This document shows positions 45,543 to 54,871 of a stretch of 62,830 nt of DNA, in pieces (position 1 is the stretch's first letter; each line of letters opens with the position of its first letter). The stretch lies in assembly GCA_903839695.1 (NCBI GenBank), contig CAIMDI010000026.1, positions 1-62,830 on the forward strand, read 5' to 3'. The notes beneath the pieces are model-generated. The model ran no database searches. It was not told the DNA's origin and saw only the letters and a list, made by a program, of their open reading frames with translations. The translations under genes and the position numbers were made by a program. The stretch comes from Candidatus Tayloriibacteriota bacterium (lineage in GTDB: Bacteria; Patescibacteriota; Minisyncoccia; Phycocordibacterales; PALSA-1337).

Positions 45543-46190
45543 TTACATTATATTTTTGTGTATATAGTAATCCCTTACTGCATTAAAAATTAATTTATGT
45601 CCATCACTATTGGGATGTACTCCATCATCATAATATAATTTTCTATAGTCTCCTTGCTCTAAAAATAATTTATATATATCAACCAGCTCTATATTTAAAT
45701 CTGAGCAAATTGAAATTAAAATATTATTATATTTTATAATATCTGAATTTAATCTACTTTTGCCAATGCTACTTACTTTTTTTGTTATTTCATCGATTAC
45801 TGGTGGTGATGTAAGAAATAATATATTTTTTGAATATTCTTTTGCCTCAGCAATAACTTGTCTGATATTTTTTGCGTATTGATCGATATTAATGGCATGT
45901 TCACCTGTATTTGCATATATTGCTGAATCATTTGTACCGAAAGAAAATAGAAAATATATTTCACTGTCTCTTACAAGCCTTTGTTCAGTTTCAAACTTGA
46001 ATCTTTTTAGTAAATCATTTGTATTATTGCCACCAATTCCCATATTGTAAACTGTTATTAATGGTTCAAGTTCATTATTTACAGTCTTAATATTTGCTTC
46101 AGCTTTTATTCTATCAGCCCAACCGCTTGATTCAGTATCAAATGAACCACGAGTAATACTATCACCAAATAAATATATTGTTATTTTCAT
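45543..46190 (-). CDS. SGNH/GDSL hydrolase
   Basis: Block I LFGDSITRG, block III GTND, block V DGVHPN. Confidence 0.8.
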   Translation of the reverse strand: MKITIYLFGDSITRGSFDTESSGWADRIKAEANIKTVNNELEPLITVYNMGIGGNNTNDLLKRFKFETEQRLVRDSEIYFLFSFGTNDSAIYANTGEHAINIDQYAKNIRQVIAEAKEYSKNILFLTSPPVIDEITKKVSSIGKSRLNSDIIKYNNILISICSDLNIELVDIYKLFLEQGDYRKLYYDDGVHPNSDGHKLIFNAVRDYYIHKNIM

Positions 46191-46300
46191 GCTTTATAAA
46201 CTTTAAATATTGCAAATTCAGGAACTTTATTTAACATATTATATGTTTTGGATTATATCACGCCTGCAATGCTAACGTAAAATAGAAATGTTATACTTAT

Positions 46301-47515
46301 ATGCCTATGAAAAACAAACTGACAATTTCGCCAAAAGTTATAATCCTTTTAACAGTATTCCTAGATGTTCTTGGATTGGGAGTTATTATCCCAATTCTTC
46401 CCTTTTACGTGGAATCTTTTCATGTTTCTGGAATCGTAGTCACTTCACTATTTGCTGTATTTGCACTATTTTCATTTTTTAGTGCACCTATTTTAGGAGC
46501 AATTTCCGACAGAAAAGGAAGAAGACCAGTGCTTCTCATAAGTCTTGCATCTAGTGCTGTTGGTTGGCTTATCTTTGCTTTTTCAAATACAATTTTTGGA
46601 CTATTTTTAGGAAGAATAATAGACGGATCAGCTGCAGGAAATATTTCAACTGCTCAAAATTACTTAATTGATATTGCAAAAGATCAAAAAGAAAGAGCAA
46701 AAAATTTAGGATTGATCGGCGCAGTTTTTGGAATCAGTTTCATTATTGGTCCTTTGGTTGGAGGAGTTTTATCAACAATAAGTATGAAGCTACCATTTAT
46801 AGTTGTAGGAATAATGTCATTATTAAATACAATACTTGCATACTTCTTTTTACCTGAAACTCATCATGAAAGAAGTACAAAAAAACTTTCTATCAATCCC
46901 TTTGCACCGATTATGAAAGCCTTAAAAAACAAAAACATATTGCCTTTGTATATCGCTTGGCTATTATTCGGTGTCGCTATTTCATTAAATCAATCAATAT
47001 TTGCATTATATATTGCAGAAGAATTTTCTTGGACAGTGATAGCGTCTGGATTCATAATGGCATTAATTGGAGTAATAATATCTATAAACCAAGCATTTGC
47101 AATTAGAAGTATTTGGCTCAAATATTTTAAGGAATCATTCTTAATGGTTTGGGTTTTTATTCCCTTTTCAATTGGATATTTAATAATGGCTTTGCCTTTT
47201 AAAATCGCATTTTTGTCAGGACTAGTGATAACAGCATTTGGACAATCATTAATGAGAGTAATAATGACAAGTCAAATAATAGGATTCTCCAATAAAGAAG
47301 AACAAGGAGAAAATATGGGAATACTTGTTTCCATTATGTCGCTATCAATGATACTAGGTCCTTTATTAGGAGGATTTGTTTATGAAGCATATCCAAGTTT
47401 GCCATTTATTCTTGCAGGAATAATACTATTGATTACATTCGTCTTCATATTTAAAACATATAAGAAAATCAAACCACATGAACATATAGAAGTGGAGCCA
47501 GTGGAGGTGGTTTAA
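46301..47515 (+). CDS. MFS transporter (TetA-like)
   Basis: Twelve-TM profile with motif A GAISDRKGRRPVLL. TGT-TATACT at 46289-46297 suggests the second ATG (46307, MKNKL) may be the real, near-leaderless start. Confidence 0.85.
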   Translation: MPMKNKLTISPKVIILLTVFLDVLGLGVIIPILPFYVESFHVSGIVVTSLFAVFALFSFFSAPILGAISDRKGRRPVLLISLASSAVGWLIFAFSNTIFGLFLGRIIDGSAAGNISTAQNYLIDIAKDQKERAKNLGLIGAVFGISFIIGPLVGGVLSTISMKLPFIVVGIMSLLNTILAYFFLPETHHERSTKKLSINPFAPIMKALKNKNILPLYIAWLLFGVAISLNQSIFALYIAEEFSWTVIASGFIMALIGVIISINQAFAIRSIWLKYFKESFLMVWVFIPFSIGYLIMALPFKIAFLSGLVITAFGQSLMRVIMTSQIIGFSNKEEQGENMGILVSIMSLSMILGPLLGGFVYEAYPSLPFILAGIILLITFVFIFKTYKKIKPHEHIEVEPVEVV

Positions 47516-47517
47516 TA

Positions 47518-47811
47518 TTAATTAGATTTGGTGGGCACAATATCAAATGTATGAATTGGTTTATTTGCAAAAATATCCTGCGCCTCTTTAAAATCAAAGC
47601 TGTAATCAAAATCCCATCGTGGCGGAAGAGCAAATACGTACTTATTATTACGTGCTAATTCACTTGCTTTAATTGGTGCTGCTGAAATAGAAAAATCCTC
47701 TGCTAAATATTTATTCCATTGAGAAATGGTAAAAACAAGTATTGGTAAATCTTCATATGGATTGGAATCTGTCCATTTTGGGTTACGTATTAAAAGTTTT
47801 GGTCCATTGGT
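47518..47811 (-). pseudogene. 5'-truncated gene remnant (C-terminal 97 codons, no start codon)
   Basis: Minus-strand frame open from 47811 to stop 47518-47520: TNGPKLLIRNPKWTDSNPYEDLPILVFTISQWNKYLAEDF...FDIVPTKSN*. No in-frame ATG or GTG near its 5' end. Confidence 0.45.
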
Positions 47812-47884
47812 TCAGGATAGTAAAGACGTGGTAAGTATAACCCGTCTTGCTATTTTATAAAATAAGCATAATATTATTTCCAAT

Positions 47885-48478
47885 ATGAGCGCCAATAACT
47901 ACATAAAAATAAAAGAAATTTCTCCTGATAAATTCAGGGTTGCAGAGAAAGACTTTGAGAGTGATATGGACATAAGTCACTTGGGCGATTTCGACCTCCT
48001 CAAATCAGCTATTGAAAAGGCTGAGGGTTACATTTCGGACATAGAGTATGAAGTTGAGTATGGGATACGGTTTGCTTTATTCGATACAAAAGTTGATTCT
48101 AAGGATTTTGATACCTGGAATGTTAAGAAAAAACACACAGAGTTAGAAGAAAGTCGTCTATATACCACACGAGAAATTTGGTGGTGCAGACTCGGTCTTA
48201 ACATCGGTTTTGAACAAGATGGGAGTGGTGAAGAGTTTTTGCGCCCTTGTGTAATTGTACGAGGATTTGGTCCACGAGTATGTATGGTAATTCCCCTTAC
48301 AACATCTGGAAGCAAACACCCTCTTCGCGTACCTCTCGGAGAAGTTGATGGAAAAACAGCAACGGCTCTTCTTTCTCAGATACGTTCGATAGACACTCGC
48401 CGACTTGTTGAGAAGATAGGCTTTCTTGATAAAGAAAAATTTGAGGAGCTAAGAAAAAATGCCAGAAGTTTATTCTGA
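47885..48478 (+). CDS. MazF/PemK-family toxin domain with ~90-aa N-terminal extension (GC-richer cassette)
   Basis: Residues ~95-197: EIWWCRLGLNIGFEQDG..EFLRPCVIV....VCMVIPLTTSGSKHPLRVPLG...ALLSQIRSIDTRRLVEKIGFLD fit the PemK/MazF pattern. The N-terminal acidic 90 aa are unassigned. Confidence 0.7.
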   Translation: MSANNYIKIKEISPDKFRVAEKDFESDMDISHLGDFDLLKSAIEKAEGYISDIEYEVEYGIRFALFDTKVDSKDFDTWNVKKKHTELEESRLYTTREIWWCRLGLNIGFEQDGSGEEFLRPCVIVRGFGPRVCMVIPLTTSGSKHPLRVPLGEVDGKTATALLSQIRSIDTRRLVEKIGFLDKEKFEELRKNARSLF

Positions 48479-48551
48479 CATTTCTTCTACTTGTTCTCCT
48501 CCTTACGGAGGTGAGGCCGAAGCCACTTGTACTCATACTATAGCAAATTAG

Positions 48552-48707
48552 TTAATAAAATGCAAGTTTATGTTTACCCCTACCAGTGGCAGAACCTGTG
48601 ACTAATCCATTACCAGATTCAAATATTTTTCGTGTTGCTTGACGAACATCATTCTCAACCTCTTTGTTAGTCAGACGCCATGTACCTGTAATTAATACCC
48701 ATTTCAT
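48552..48707 (-). pseudogene. 3'-truncated remnant of a SLOG/DUF2493-like Rossmann gene
   Basis: 51-aa ORF MKWVLITGTWRLTNKEVENDVRQATRKIFESGNGLVTGSATG|RGKHKLAFY*. The V-L-I-T-G...L-V-T-G-x-A-x-G pattern is the N-terminal half of such proteins, and the ORF then ends abruptly. Confidence 0.35.
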
Positions 48708-48747
48708 GTGTACTTCAGAATATCATGATTATTCAATATGTCAATTG

Positions 48748-48818
48748 CTGCCGGACTTGGAATCGAACCAAAATTTTCGCTTTCAGAGAGCGACGTCCTA
48801 CCTTTAGACGATCCGGCA
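48748..48818 (-). tRNA. tRNA-Gln (anticodon CTG)
   Basis: Cloverleaf: acceptor TGCCGGA/TCCGGCA (U1-A72), anticodon arm TCGCT-CTCTGAA-AGCGA, T arm TTTGG-TTCGATT-CCAAG. No encoded CCA; the trailer is CAA. Confidence 0.85.
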
Positions 48819-48875
48819 ATTTTACATTCTACTCATACAAATTACCTTAAAAATACATATTATTCAAGTAAAATA

Positions 48876-49427
48876 CTATTCAAACCTATCAAACGTCACC
48901 CATCTTAATTTATCAAAGTTAAAACCGTAATGTTTGTATACAAATCTTGGATCTGAATCGAAACGTTCTTCCCATTTTAGTCCTAACTTTTTAACAATAT
49001 TTTTCAATTCTTCAACAGAATTTCCTTCAAATTCTGCATACACAGGAATACGTGGCCATTCATCAATATCTATTGTTACTCCATCAAGCCTTAGTGTGTG
49101 CCTTCGCTTTTCAACTACTCTATAGGCAATTAACCCTATAGATTCCAAGAGAATTTTTGCCTCATCAAAATCTGAAACTTCAAATTCTACTTCTTCAACA
49201 CTGTCAATTTTTTGTTCTTTATTATGTTTATAAGTTAATTTTATTTTACTATTAACTTTTCTCAATCTAATTAATTTGCCTTCATTAATCCAAACTAAAT
49301 CTTTATCATAAAATATTATCTCATCGAGCTTGACCTCACCCTCGTCAATAGCATCAAATTTCTTTAACTTTTCAATCAAATCTTTCTTATCAATATCAAG
49401 AAACCTAGTTTCGATTTCAATTTTCAT
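48876..49427 (-). CDS. CYTH-domain (triphosphate tunnel metalloenzyme) protein
   Basis: MKIEIETRFL (the ExExK-type signature) and a beta-barrel length of 183 aa. Confidence 0.7.
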   Translation of the reverse strand: MKIEIETRFLDIDKKDLIEKLKKFDAIDEGEVKLDEIIFYDKDLVWINEGKLIRLRKVNSKIKLTYKHNKEQKIDSVEEVEFEVSDFDEAKILLESIGLIAYRVVEKRRHTLRLDGVTIDIDEWPRIPVYAEFEGNSVEELKNIVKKLGLKWEERFDSDPRFVYKHYGFNFDKLRWVTFDRFE

Positions 49428-49433
49428 CGATTA

Positions 49434-49442
49434 ATTATAACA
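49434..49442 (-). promoter_or_regulatory. extended -10 box, 6 nt before the CYTH gene ATG
   Basis: Minus strand reads TGT-TATAAT then TAATCG then ATG (49427). Confidence 0.45.
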
Positions 49443-49450
49443 CATATAAA

Positions 49451-50326
49451 TTACGAGCTTGTAATCATTGCCAAAACGATTGCTGTAATTATTGAGGATA
49501 TTAAACCGATTTTTTGATGCCTCTGAAGTTTTTCTTTATTAACTGCGATTCCAAGAATAACTGCAACAATAATATAACTTTCAGATAGTGCAGTTGCTAC
49601 AGCTATCGGAGCCAGACTCATTGAAAATACATATGCCAACCATGCCACTTTATCAGCAATAGACATAGGTAAAATTATTTTGTATTTATCTTTTAAATCA
49701 ATAAAAGATTTAATTAATTTCCCTTGAACAATTAAATATATTCCTGTTAATATTAAAATAAAAGTGTCAGTAAAGAAATTAATCATTAAAGGATTTGAGA
49801 CTCTACCACCCCAGCCCATAAAAAAGTTTGCTGATCCCATAGCAAATGCACCAAAAAATGCCAACCAAACACCCTTCTCTAAAAAGAATTTTTTGTTAAA
49901 AGTTTTTTCCTTAAATGAAACTAAAAATAATGAAATAATCAAAAAAATAATCAAAATGATTTGTGTAATTGAAATACTTTCACCAAGAATAAAGAAAGCA
50001 AGAAAAGCAGCGGCAGGTACTTCAAATGACCAAATAGGCTCGATAATAGCAAGTTTACCCTTTCTTAAAGCCTCAAAATCGATCAATGCGGCAACAAATA
50101 GTACAACTCCAGCAATTATCATTATAAAAATTTTAGTATTCCATACGAAAAGATCTGGAATATCCTTCCAAATGAAGGGAAAAATAACAATAGCTCCAAA
50201 AAGTGAAATAAAAAATAAAGTTTCCCAATCCCCTATTTTTCTTGCTGACTTTTGAATTAGAAAATCACCAAAGCCCCAACAGAGCATTGCAACAAAAGCT
50301 AATCCAATTCCAATTGTTATGTTCAT
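49451..50326 (-). CDS. EamA/DMT-family transporter
   Basis: 291 aa, ten-TM profile, duplicated EamA halves. Confidence 0.75.
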   Translation of the reverse strand: MNITIGIGLAFVAMLCWGFGDFLIQKSARKIGDWETLFFISLFGAIVIFPFIWKDIPDLFVWNTKIFIMIIAGVVLFVAALIDFEALRKGKLAIIEPIWSFEVPAAAFLAFFILGESISITQIILIIFLIISLFLVSFKEKTFNKKFFLEKGVWLAFFGAFAMGSANFFMGWGGRVSNPLMINFFTDTFILILTGIYLIVQGKLIKSFIDLKDKYKIILPMSIADKVAWLAYVFSMSLAPIAVATALSESYIIVAVILGIAVNKEKLQRHQKIGLISSIITAIVLAMITSS

Positions 50327-50329
50327 ATA

Positions 50330-52021
50330 TTATTTCCTAGTTCTTTTCACCGCCACCTTTATAAATTCACTAAATAATGGATGTGGTCTAAGTGGCCTTG
50401 CTAGGAATTCTGGATGAAACTGCGTGCCAAGGAAAAAAGGATGTTGACCAATACCTTCTCCGCGCGGAAGTTCAGCAATTTCCATCAATGTACCATCTGG
50501 AGATGCACCAGAAAAGATCAAGCCACCGGCGATTACCTTTTCTATGTATTCAGGATTTACTTCATATCTATGACGATGACGTTCGTATATAATGTCTTCG
50601 CCATAAGCTTGTCTAGCTATACTTCCCTTTTTTAATCTTGCTTCATATCTACCGAGTCGCATACTACCACCATAATTTCCTTCTGCAATTTTCTTTTTTT
50701 GATCTGGCATTATGTCGATTATCACATGTTCAGCTTTAGGATTGATCTCTGCTGTATTTGCATCTTTTAAATTTAAAACATTTCTTGCAAACTCAATTGT
50801 CATAAGTTGCATACCGTAACAAAGTCCAAAATATGGTATTTTATTTTCTCTAGCATATCTAATTACATTGAGCTTTCCTTCTATTCCACTTTCACCAAAA
50901 CCTCCTGGCACTATAATTCCATCAAATTTATCTAATGAAGAATAATCAGGATTTGGAATTTCAAAGTCACGAGCATTGACTGTATGAATTTTAGGATTTA
51001 CTTTTTGTGAGTATGCAGAGTATTTTATAGCCTCAAGAACAGAAACATAGGCATCAGTCAGAACGAAGTCGCCAGTATTAAAATATTTGCCAACAATTGC
51101 GATATTAACTTCTTTCTCACCCTTTTTTACAGACTTCACATTGTCTGCAAACTTTTTCCATTCACCTAAACCCCTTGCACTTGGTCTTTTTTTCAATTTC
51201 AAAGACTTCATCAATATCTCACTCATATTATCCTTCTCAAAATTTAATGGTACATCAAAAACACTTTCAATATCTGGAGCTGATATCACACAATCAGTAT
51301 GCACACCGCAAGACACTGCAATTTTTTCTTTTCTTTTATGATCCATTGGTACTTCACTTCTAGCGATAATAATATCCGCATTAACTCCATATGAATTTAA
51401 TTGTCTAATAGCATTTTGTGTCGGCTTTGATTTCATTTCACCAAGTTTAGAAGGTACTGGCATATAACTTACCATTACAAAAATAACATCTTCAGGATGT
51501 CTAACTTTAATAACTCTAGCAGCTTCTATAAACATAATATTTTGATAATCACCAACAGTTCCACCAATTTCAACTACAGTGATATCACTTTTATTTATTT
51601 TTGCAGAATATTGAAATCTATGAATTATTTCATCACGAATATGAGGAATAGCTTCAACACATTTACCACCATATTTTAAAGCTCTTTCACCCTCAATAAC
51701 ATGCTTATAAACCATTCCAGAAGTAATATAATCATCGCCAGTTAAATCTCTATTCAAAAATCTTTCATAATTTCCCATATCTTGATCTGTTTCTAAACCA
51801 GAATTTAAAACAAAAACTTCACCATGTTCAGTAGGATTCATAGTACCAGCGTCTACATTTAAATATGGATCAACTTTAAGTAAATTTACAGAAAAACCCT
51901 TCGCTTGTAGAAGAGTTCCTATAGAAGACGTCGCGATTCCTTTACCAACTCCAGACATTACTCCGCCGATAACAAAAATATATTTATGATGCTTTGACTT
52001 TTTTTCCTTTATATTTTTCAT
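50330..52021 (-). CDS. pyrG: CTP synthase
   Basis: GGVMSGVGKGI, GLCYGMQ, FHPEF. Confidence 0.95.
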   Translation of the reverse strand: MKNIKEKKSKHHKYIFVIGGVMSGVGKGIATSSIGTLLQAKGFSVNLLKVDPYLNVDAGTMNPTEHGEVFVLNSGLETDQDMGNYERFLNRDLTGDDYITSGMVYKHVIEGERALKYGGKCVEAIPHIRDEIIHRFQYSAKINKSDITVVEIGGTVGDYQNIMFIEAARVIKVRHPEDVIFVMVSYMPVPSKLGEMKSKPTQNAIRQLNSYGVNADIIIARSEVPMDHKRKEKIAVSCGVHTDCVISAPDIESVFDVPLNFEKDNMSEILMKSLKLKKRPSARGLGEWKKFADNVKSVKKGEKEVNIAIVGKYFNTGDFVLTDAYVSVLEAIKYSAYSQKVNPKIHTVNARDFEIPNPDYSSLDKFDGIIVPGGFGESGIEGKLNVIRYARENKIPYFGLCYGMQLMTIEFARNVLNLKDANTAEINPKAEHVIIDIMPDQKKKIAEGNYGGSMRLGRYEARLKKGSIARQAYGEDIIYERHRHRYEVNPEYIEKVIAGGLIFSGASPDGTLMEIAELPRGEGIGQHPFFLGTQFHPEFLARPLRPHPLFSEFIKVAVKRTRK

Positions 52022-52027
52022 ATAGGT

Positions 52028-52033
52028 ATTCTA
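52028..52033 (-). promoter_or_regulatory. -10 box, 6 nt before the pyrG ATG
   Basis: Minus strand reads TAGAAT then ACCTAT then ATG (52021). Confidence 0.35.
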
Positions 52034-52044
52034 GTTAACTTATT

Positions 52045-53001
52045 CTAAAATCGCAAATATCTTTTAACAGCCAAATAACTAGAAACTGCACCCAACACTA
52101 TTCCTGACCCCATTATTATAGCAAAGATTTGAGGGAAATTTGAAATAAAATACACAGAAAAGACATTAACTAAAAGCGAAAAGTCCTGTACTCCTTGCAC
52201 ACCAGCAAATTTTAATAAAATTACATCACTATAATAGGAGAATGCTCCAAGTAATATAAGCGTAAGAACTCCAGAAAATACGCCATACATAATACCAGAA
52301 ATAACAAACGGCCCTCTAATATAGAGATTTGAAGCACCAACCAATTTCATAACAGAAATTTCATCTTTTGCTGTAAAAATAATCAAACGAATGGTATTGA
52401 AAGTAATTATTATCGCGACAATGATAAATATTATAGCTAATATAGATCCAGTTTTCTCTACTGCAGGAATTATTCTTCCCAATCTGTCTATTATAATTTT
52501 ATTTTGATTGTAATTGACCTTTTCAACTATACTTACACCTTCTTTGGATAATGAGCTTTTGCTATCCAGAAAACTAGCTATTCCGGCATATTGCGATGGC
52601 TCTTTTGCTTTAATATTTATTACAGCAGGAAAAGGATTTGTACCAATTTCATCTAATCCCTGTAGAATCAATGTATTGTCTTTCCATTTATCTCTAAAAT
52701 CAGCTAATGCCTTTTCTCTAGAAATATATTCAATTTTCTCAACTTCAGGCAAATTTTCTATTACTTTTTTTAATGAAAGAATGTCTGTTTCTTGAGAATC
52801 AAGTACAAAATATACATTTATATCAACTTTATTTTTAACTTCTTTTAATAATGCTCTACCGAAAGCACTGCCGAAAATTAAGGAGCCAAAAATAGTTAAT
52901 GATAAAGTTATAACAACAATTGCTGAAAATGATAAGAATCCACTTCTCCAAAAATTTACAAATCCTGATCTAATTACTCTTTTAAAATGTGTAAGTATCA
53001 T
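52045..53001 (-). CDS. ftsX: cell-division permease-like protein FtsX
   Basis: N-terminal TM, ectodomain, three C-terminal TM. Downstream of ftsE. Confidence 0.85.
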   Translation of the reverse strand: MILTHFKRVIRSGFVNFWRSGFLSFSAIVVITLSLTIFGSLIFGSAFGRALLKEVKNKVDINVYFVLDSQETDILSLKKVIENLPEVEKIEYISREKALADFRDKWKDNTLILQGLDEIGTNPFPAVINIKAKEPSQYAGIASFLDSKSSLSKEGVSIVEKVNYNQNKIIIDRLGRIIPAVEKTGSILAIIFIIVAIIITFNTIRLIIFTAKDEISVMKLVGASNLYIRGPFVISGIMYGVFSGVLTLILLGAFSYYSDVILLKFAGVQGVQDFSLLVNVFSVYFISNFPQIFAIIMGSGIVLGAVSSYLAVKRYLRF

Positions 53002-53016
53002 ATTTAATTAAATTAT

Positions 53017-53697
53017 CTATAAAATATATTTTCCGGCTTTATCATCTCTAATTATTTTGCCTTTTTCCATAGTTATAACTCTTCCACCAACTTCATCAAC
53101 TACGCCCTTATTGTGAGTTGTAAGTAAAACAGTTGTGCCCATTTTATGAATTTTCTGAAGAATTTTTATAATTTCAAAAGTATTAATAGGATCGAGATTA
53201 CCAGTTGGCTCATCGGCAATGATAATGTCAGGTTGAGTGACAATAGCTCGAGCTATTGCTACTCTTTGCTTTTCCCCTCCAGATAATTCACCAGGAAAAC
53301 TCCAAATTTTATTGCCCAAATCAACCAAATCAAGAACATGAGGAACATCAGAATGAATTTCAGCATCAGTACGACCAGCAGCTTCCATAGCAAAAGCTAT
53401 ATTTTCGTATGCGGTTTTATTTGGAATTAGTCTATAGTCTTGGAATACTGTGCCTATTCTGCGACGAAGTTTATTCATTTCACTTTTCTTAAGCTTGTTT
53501 ATATTTGCGGATTCGAAGAATACAGCACCTTCTGTAGGTTTGTCTTCTGCGATAAGCATTTTGATTAGAGTGGTTTTTCCAGCGCCAGAATGACCCACTA
53601 TAGTGATAAATTCGTTTGGTTCTACACCAAAACTAACTTGATCAAGTGCAATAGACTCATCTGGATATATTTTTGACACTTTATCGAAATAAATCAT
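53017..53697 (-). CDS. ftsE: cell-division ATP-binding protein FtsE
   Basis: GHSGAGKTT, LSGGEKQRVAIARAI, IIADEPTGNLD. Confidence 0.9.
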   Translation of the reverse strand: MIYFDKVSKIYPDESIALDQVSFGVEPNEFITIVGHSGAGKTTLIKMLIAEDKPTEGAVFFESANINKLKKSEMNKLRRRIGTVFQDYRLIPNKTAYENIAFAMEAAGRTDAEIHSDVPHVLDLVDLGNKIWSFPGELSGGEKQRVAIARAIVTQPDIIIADEPTGNLDPINTFEIIKILQKIHKMGTTVLLTTHNKGVVDEVGGRVITMEKGKIIRDDKAGKYIL

Positions 53698-53705
53698 ATA
53701 GGATA

Positions 53706-53714
53706 ATTATAACA
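53706..53714 (-). promoter_or_regulatory. extended -10 box, 8 nt before the ftsE ATG
   Basis: Minus strand reads TGT-TATAAT then TATCCTAT then ATG (53697). Confidence 0.45.
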
Positions 53715-53733
53715 CACAATATAATAATATAAA

Positions 53734-54615
53734 TTATAAATTCTTCTCTGCCTCAATAAACTCATCCAAATCCCCTTCCAAGACTTTTTCTATTTGTGAT
53801 GTCTCAATATTTGTTCTATGATCTTTTACCATTTTGTATGGATGTAGAACATAAGAACGAATTTGATTTCCCCATTCAATAGACGTAGTTTTACTAATAT
53901 ACATTCCCTTTTCTTTAGCAATTCTCTCATCTTCTCTTTGTTTAAATAATTTTCCACGCAAAATATCCATAGCCTTCTCTTTGTTTTGCGCTTGAGAACG
54001 CTCTGAAGTCACATGAACTGAAAGTCCTGTGGGTTTGTGAACTATTCTAACAGCTGTTTCTCTTTTATTAACATTTTGACCACCTGGTCCGCCAGATTTG
54101 GCAATAGAAATCTCTATGTCTTTATCAGGCAATTCCATATCTATACTATTTACTTTTTCAAATTTGGGAATAATTTCAACCATAGAAAATGAAGTATGTC
54201 TAAGTTGTTTAGCATTGAATGGTGATATACGAACAAGTCTATGAACTCCAGATTCATTTTTTAAATCACCATATACATTTTTCCCACTAACCTCAATAGT
54301 AATATTTCTAAAACCTCCATGATCATTTTCATTTGAATGTATTAATTCCATTCCCCATCCTCTTTTTTCTGAGTATTTTCTGTACATTCTATAAAGAATA
54401 GATGAAAAATCTTCTGCATCATCACCACCAGCACCAGAAAATATGGTCATAATAGCATTTCCTTTATCAAATTTTCCTACACCTTCAAGTGAGTTTTTTA
54501 AATCTGCAATTTCCTTTATTATTGACTGTGCTTTGTTTTTATCAGACCAAAAATCTGCATTTTGCATAGAAGCCTCCAAATCATCAATTTTTCTTTGAAT
54601 ATCTTCCTTGTTCAT
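53734..54615 (-). CDS. prfB: peptide chain release factor 2, N-terminally short, single frame
   Basis: Start at ATG 54615 ([14 protein letters not shown]), because the longer ORF would overlap tRNA-Thr. SPF tripeptide (RISPFNA) and GGQ (GPGGQNVNK). 293 aa. Confidence 0.88.
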   Translation of the reverse strand: MNKEDIQRKIDDLEASMQNADFWSDKNKAQSIIKEIADLKNSLEGVGKFDKGNAIMTIFSGAGGDDAEDFSSILYRMYRKYSEKRGWGMELIHSNENDHGGFRNITIEVSGKNVYGDLKNESGVHRLVRISPFNAKQLRHTSFSMVEIIPKFEKVNSIDMELPDKDIEISIAKSGGPGGQNVNKRETAVRIVHKPTGLSVHVTSERSQAQNKEKAMDILRGKLFKQREDERIAKEKGMYISKTTSIEWGNQIRSYVLHPYKMVKDHRTNIETSQIEKVLEGDLDEFIEAEKNL

Positions 54616-54681
54616 ATTATCTAGTCTATAAGAAAATAGAGCAAAAAGAAAGGCTAATATAAATGTATTATAGTAAATTTG

Positions 54682-54752
54682 AGCCAAATGTGAGAATCGG
54701 ACTCACATTCCTGCTTTACGAAAGCAGTGTTCTACCATTGAACTAATTTGGC
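54682..54752 (-). tRNA. tRNA-Thr (anticodon CGT)
   Basis: Acceptor GCCAAAT/ATTTGGC, anticodon arm CTGCT-TTCGTAA-AGCAG, T arm GTGAG-TCCGATT-CTCAC. The trailer is CAA. Confidence 0.85.
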
Positions 54753-54859
54753 AACTATTCAATTATATTTGTAAATTACATTTACATACTATCATTTTTT
54801 ATAGTCTCATTCATCTATCTAGCCAAATGACGATTTTTCTGATACAGTAATAATCTAAA

Positions 54860-54865
54860 TATATT
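54860..54865 (+). promoter_or_regulatory. -10 box, 6 nt before the infB ATG
   Basis: TATATT then ATTGCT then ATG 54872. Confidence 0.4.
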
Positions 54866-54871
54866 ATTGCT

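Noticed and set aside
47762-47769. TTGGAATC shared between the left border of the MazF cassette and the T-arm region of tRNA-Gln (48757-48764), as a possible att duplication
   Set aside because: It is only an 8-mer, with a loose ..CCA..TTTT continuation. A match of that length is expected by chance about once in a window this size, and it lies inside the host-like truncated ORF.
53734-54687. Possible programmed frameshift or N-terminal exon for prfB
   Set aside because: No CUU-UGA-type site and no upstream ORF in another frame were seen. The extra 24 codons of the long ORF run into tRNA-Thr (54682-54752).
54821-54829. 9-mer AGCCAAATG repeated at the tRNA-Thr 3' end (54682-54690) and upstream of infB
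   Set aside because: It is too short, and there is no composition shift or cargo between the two copies.
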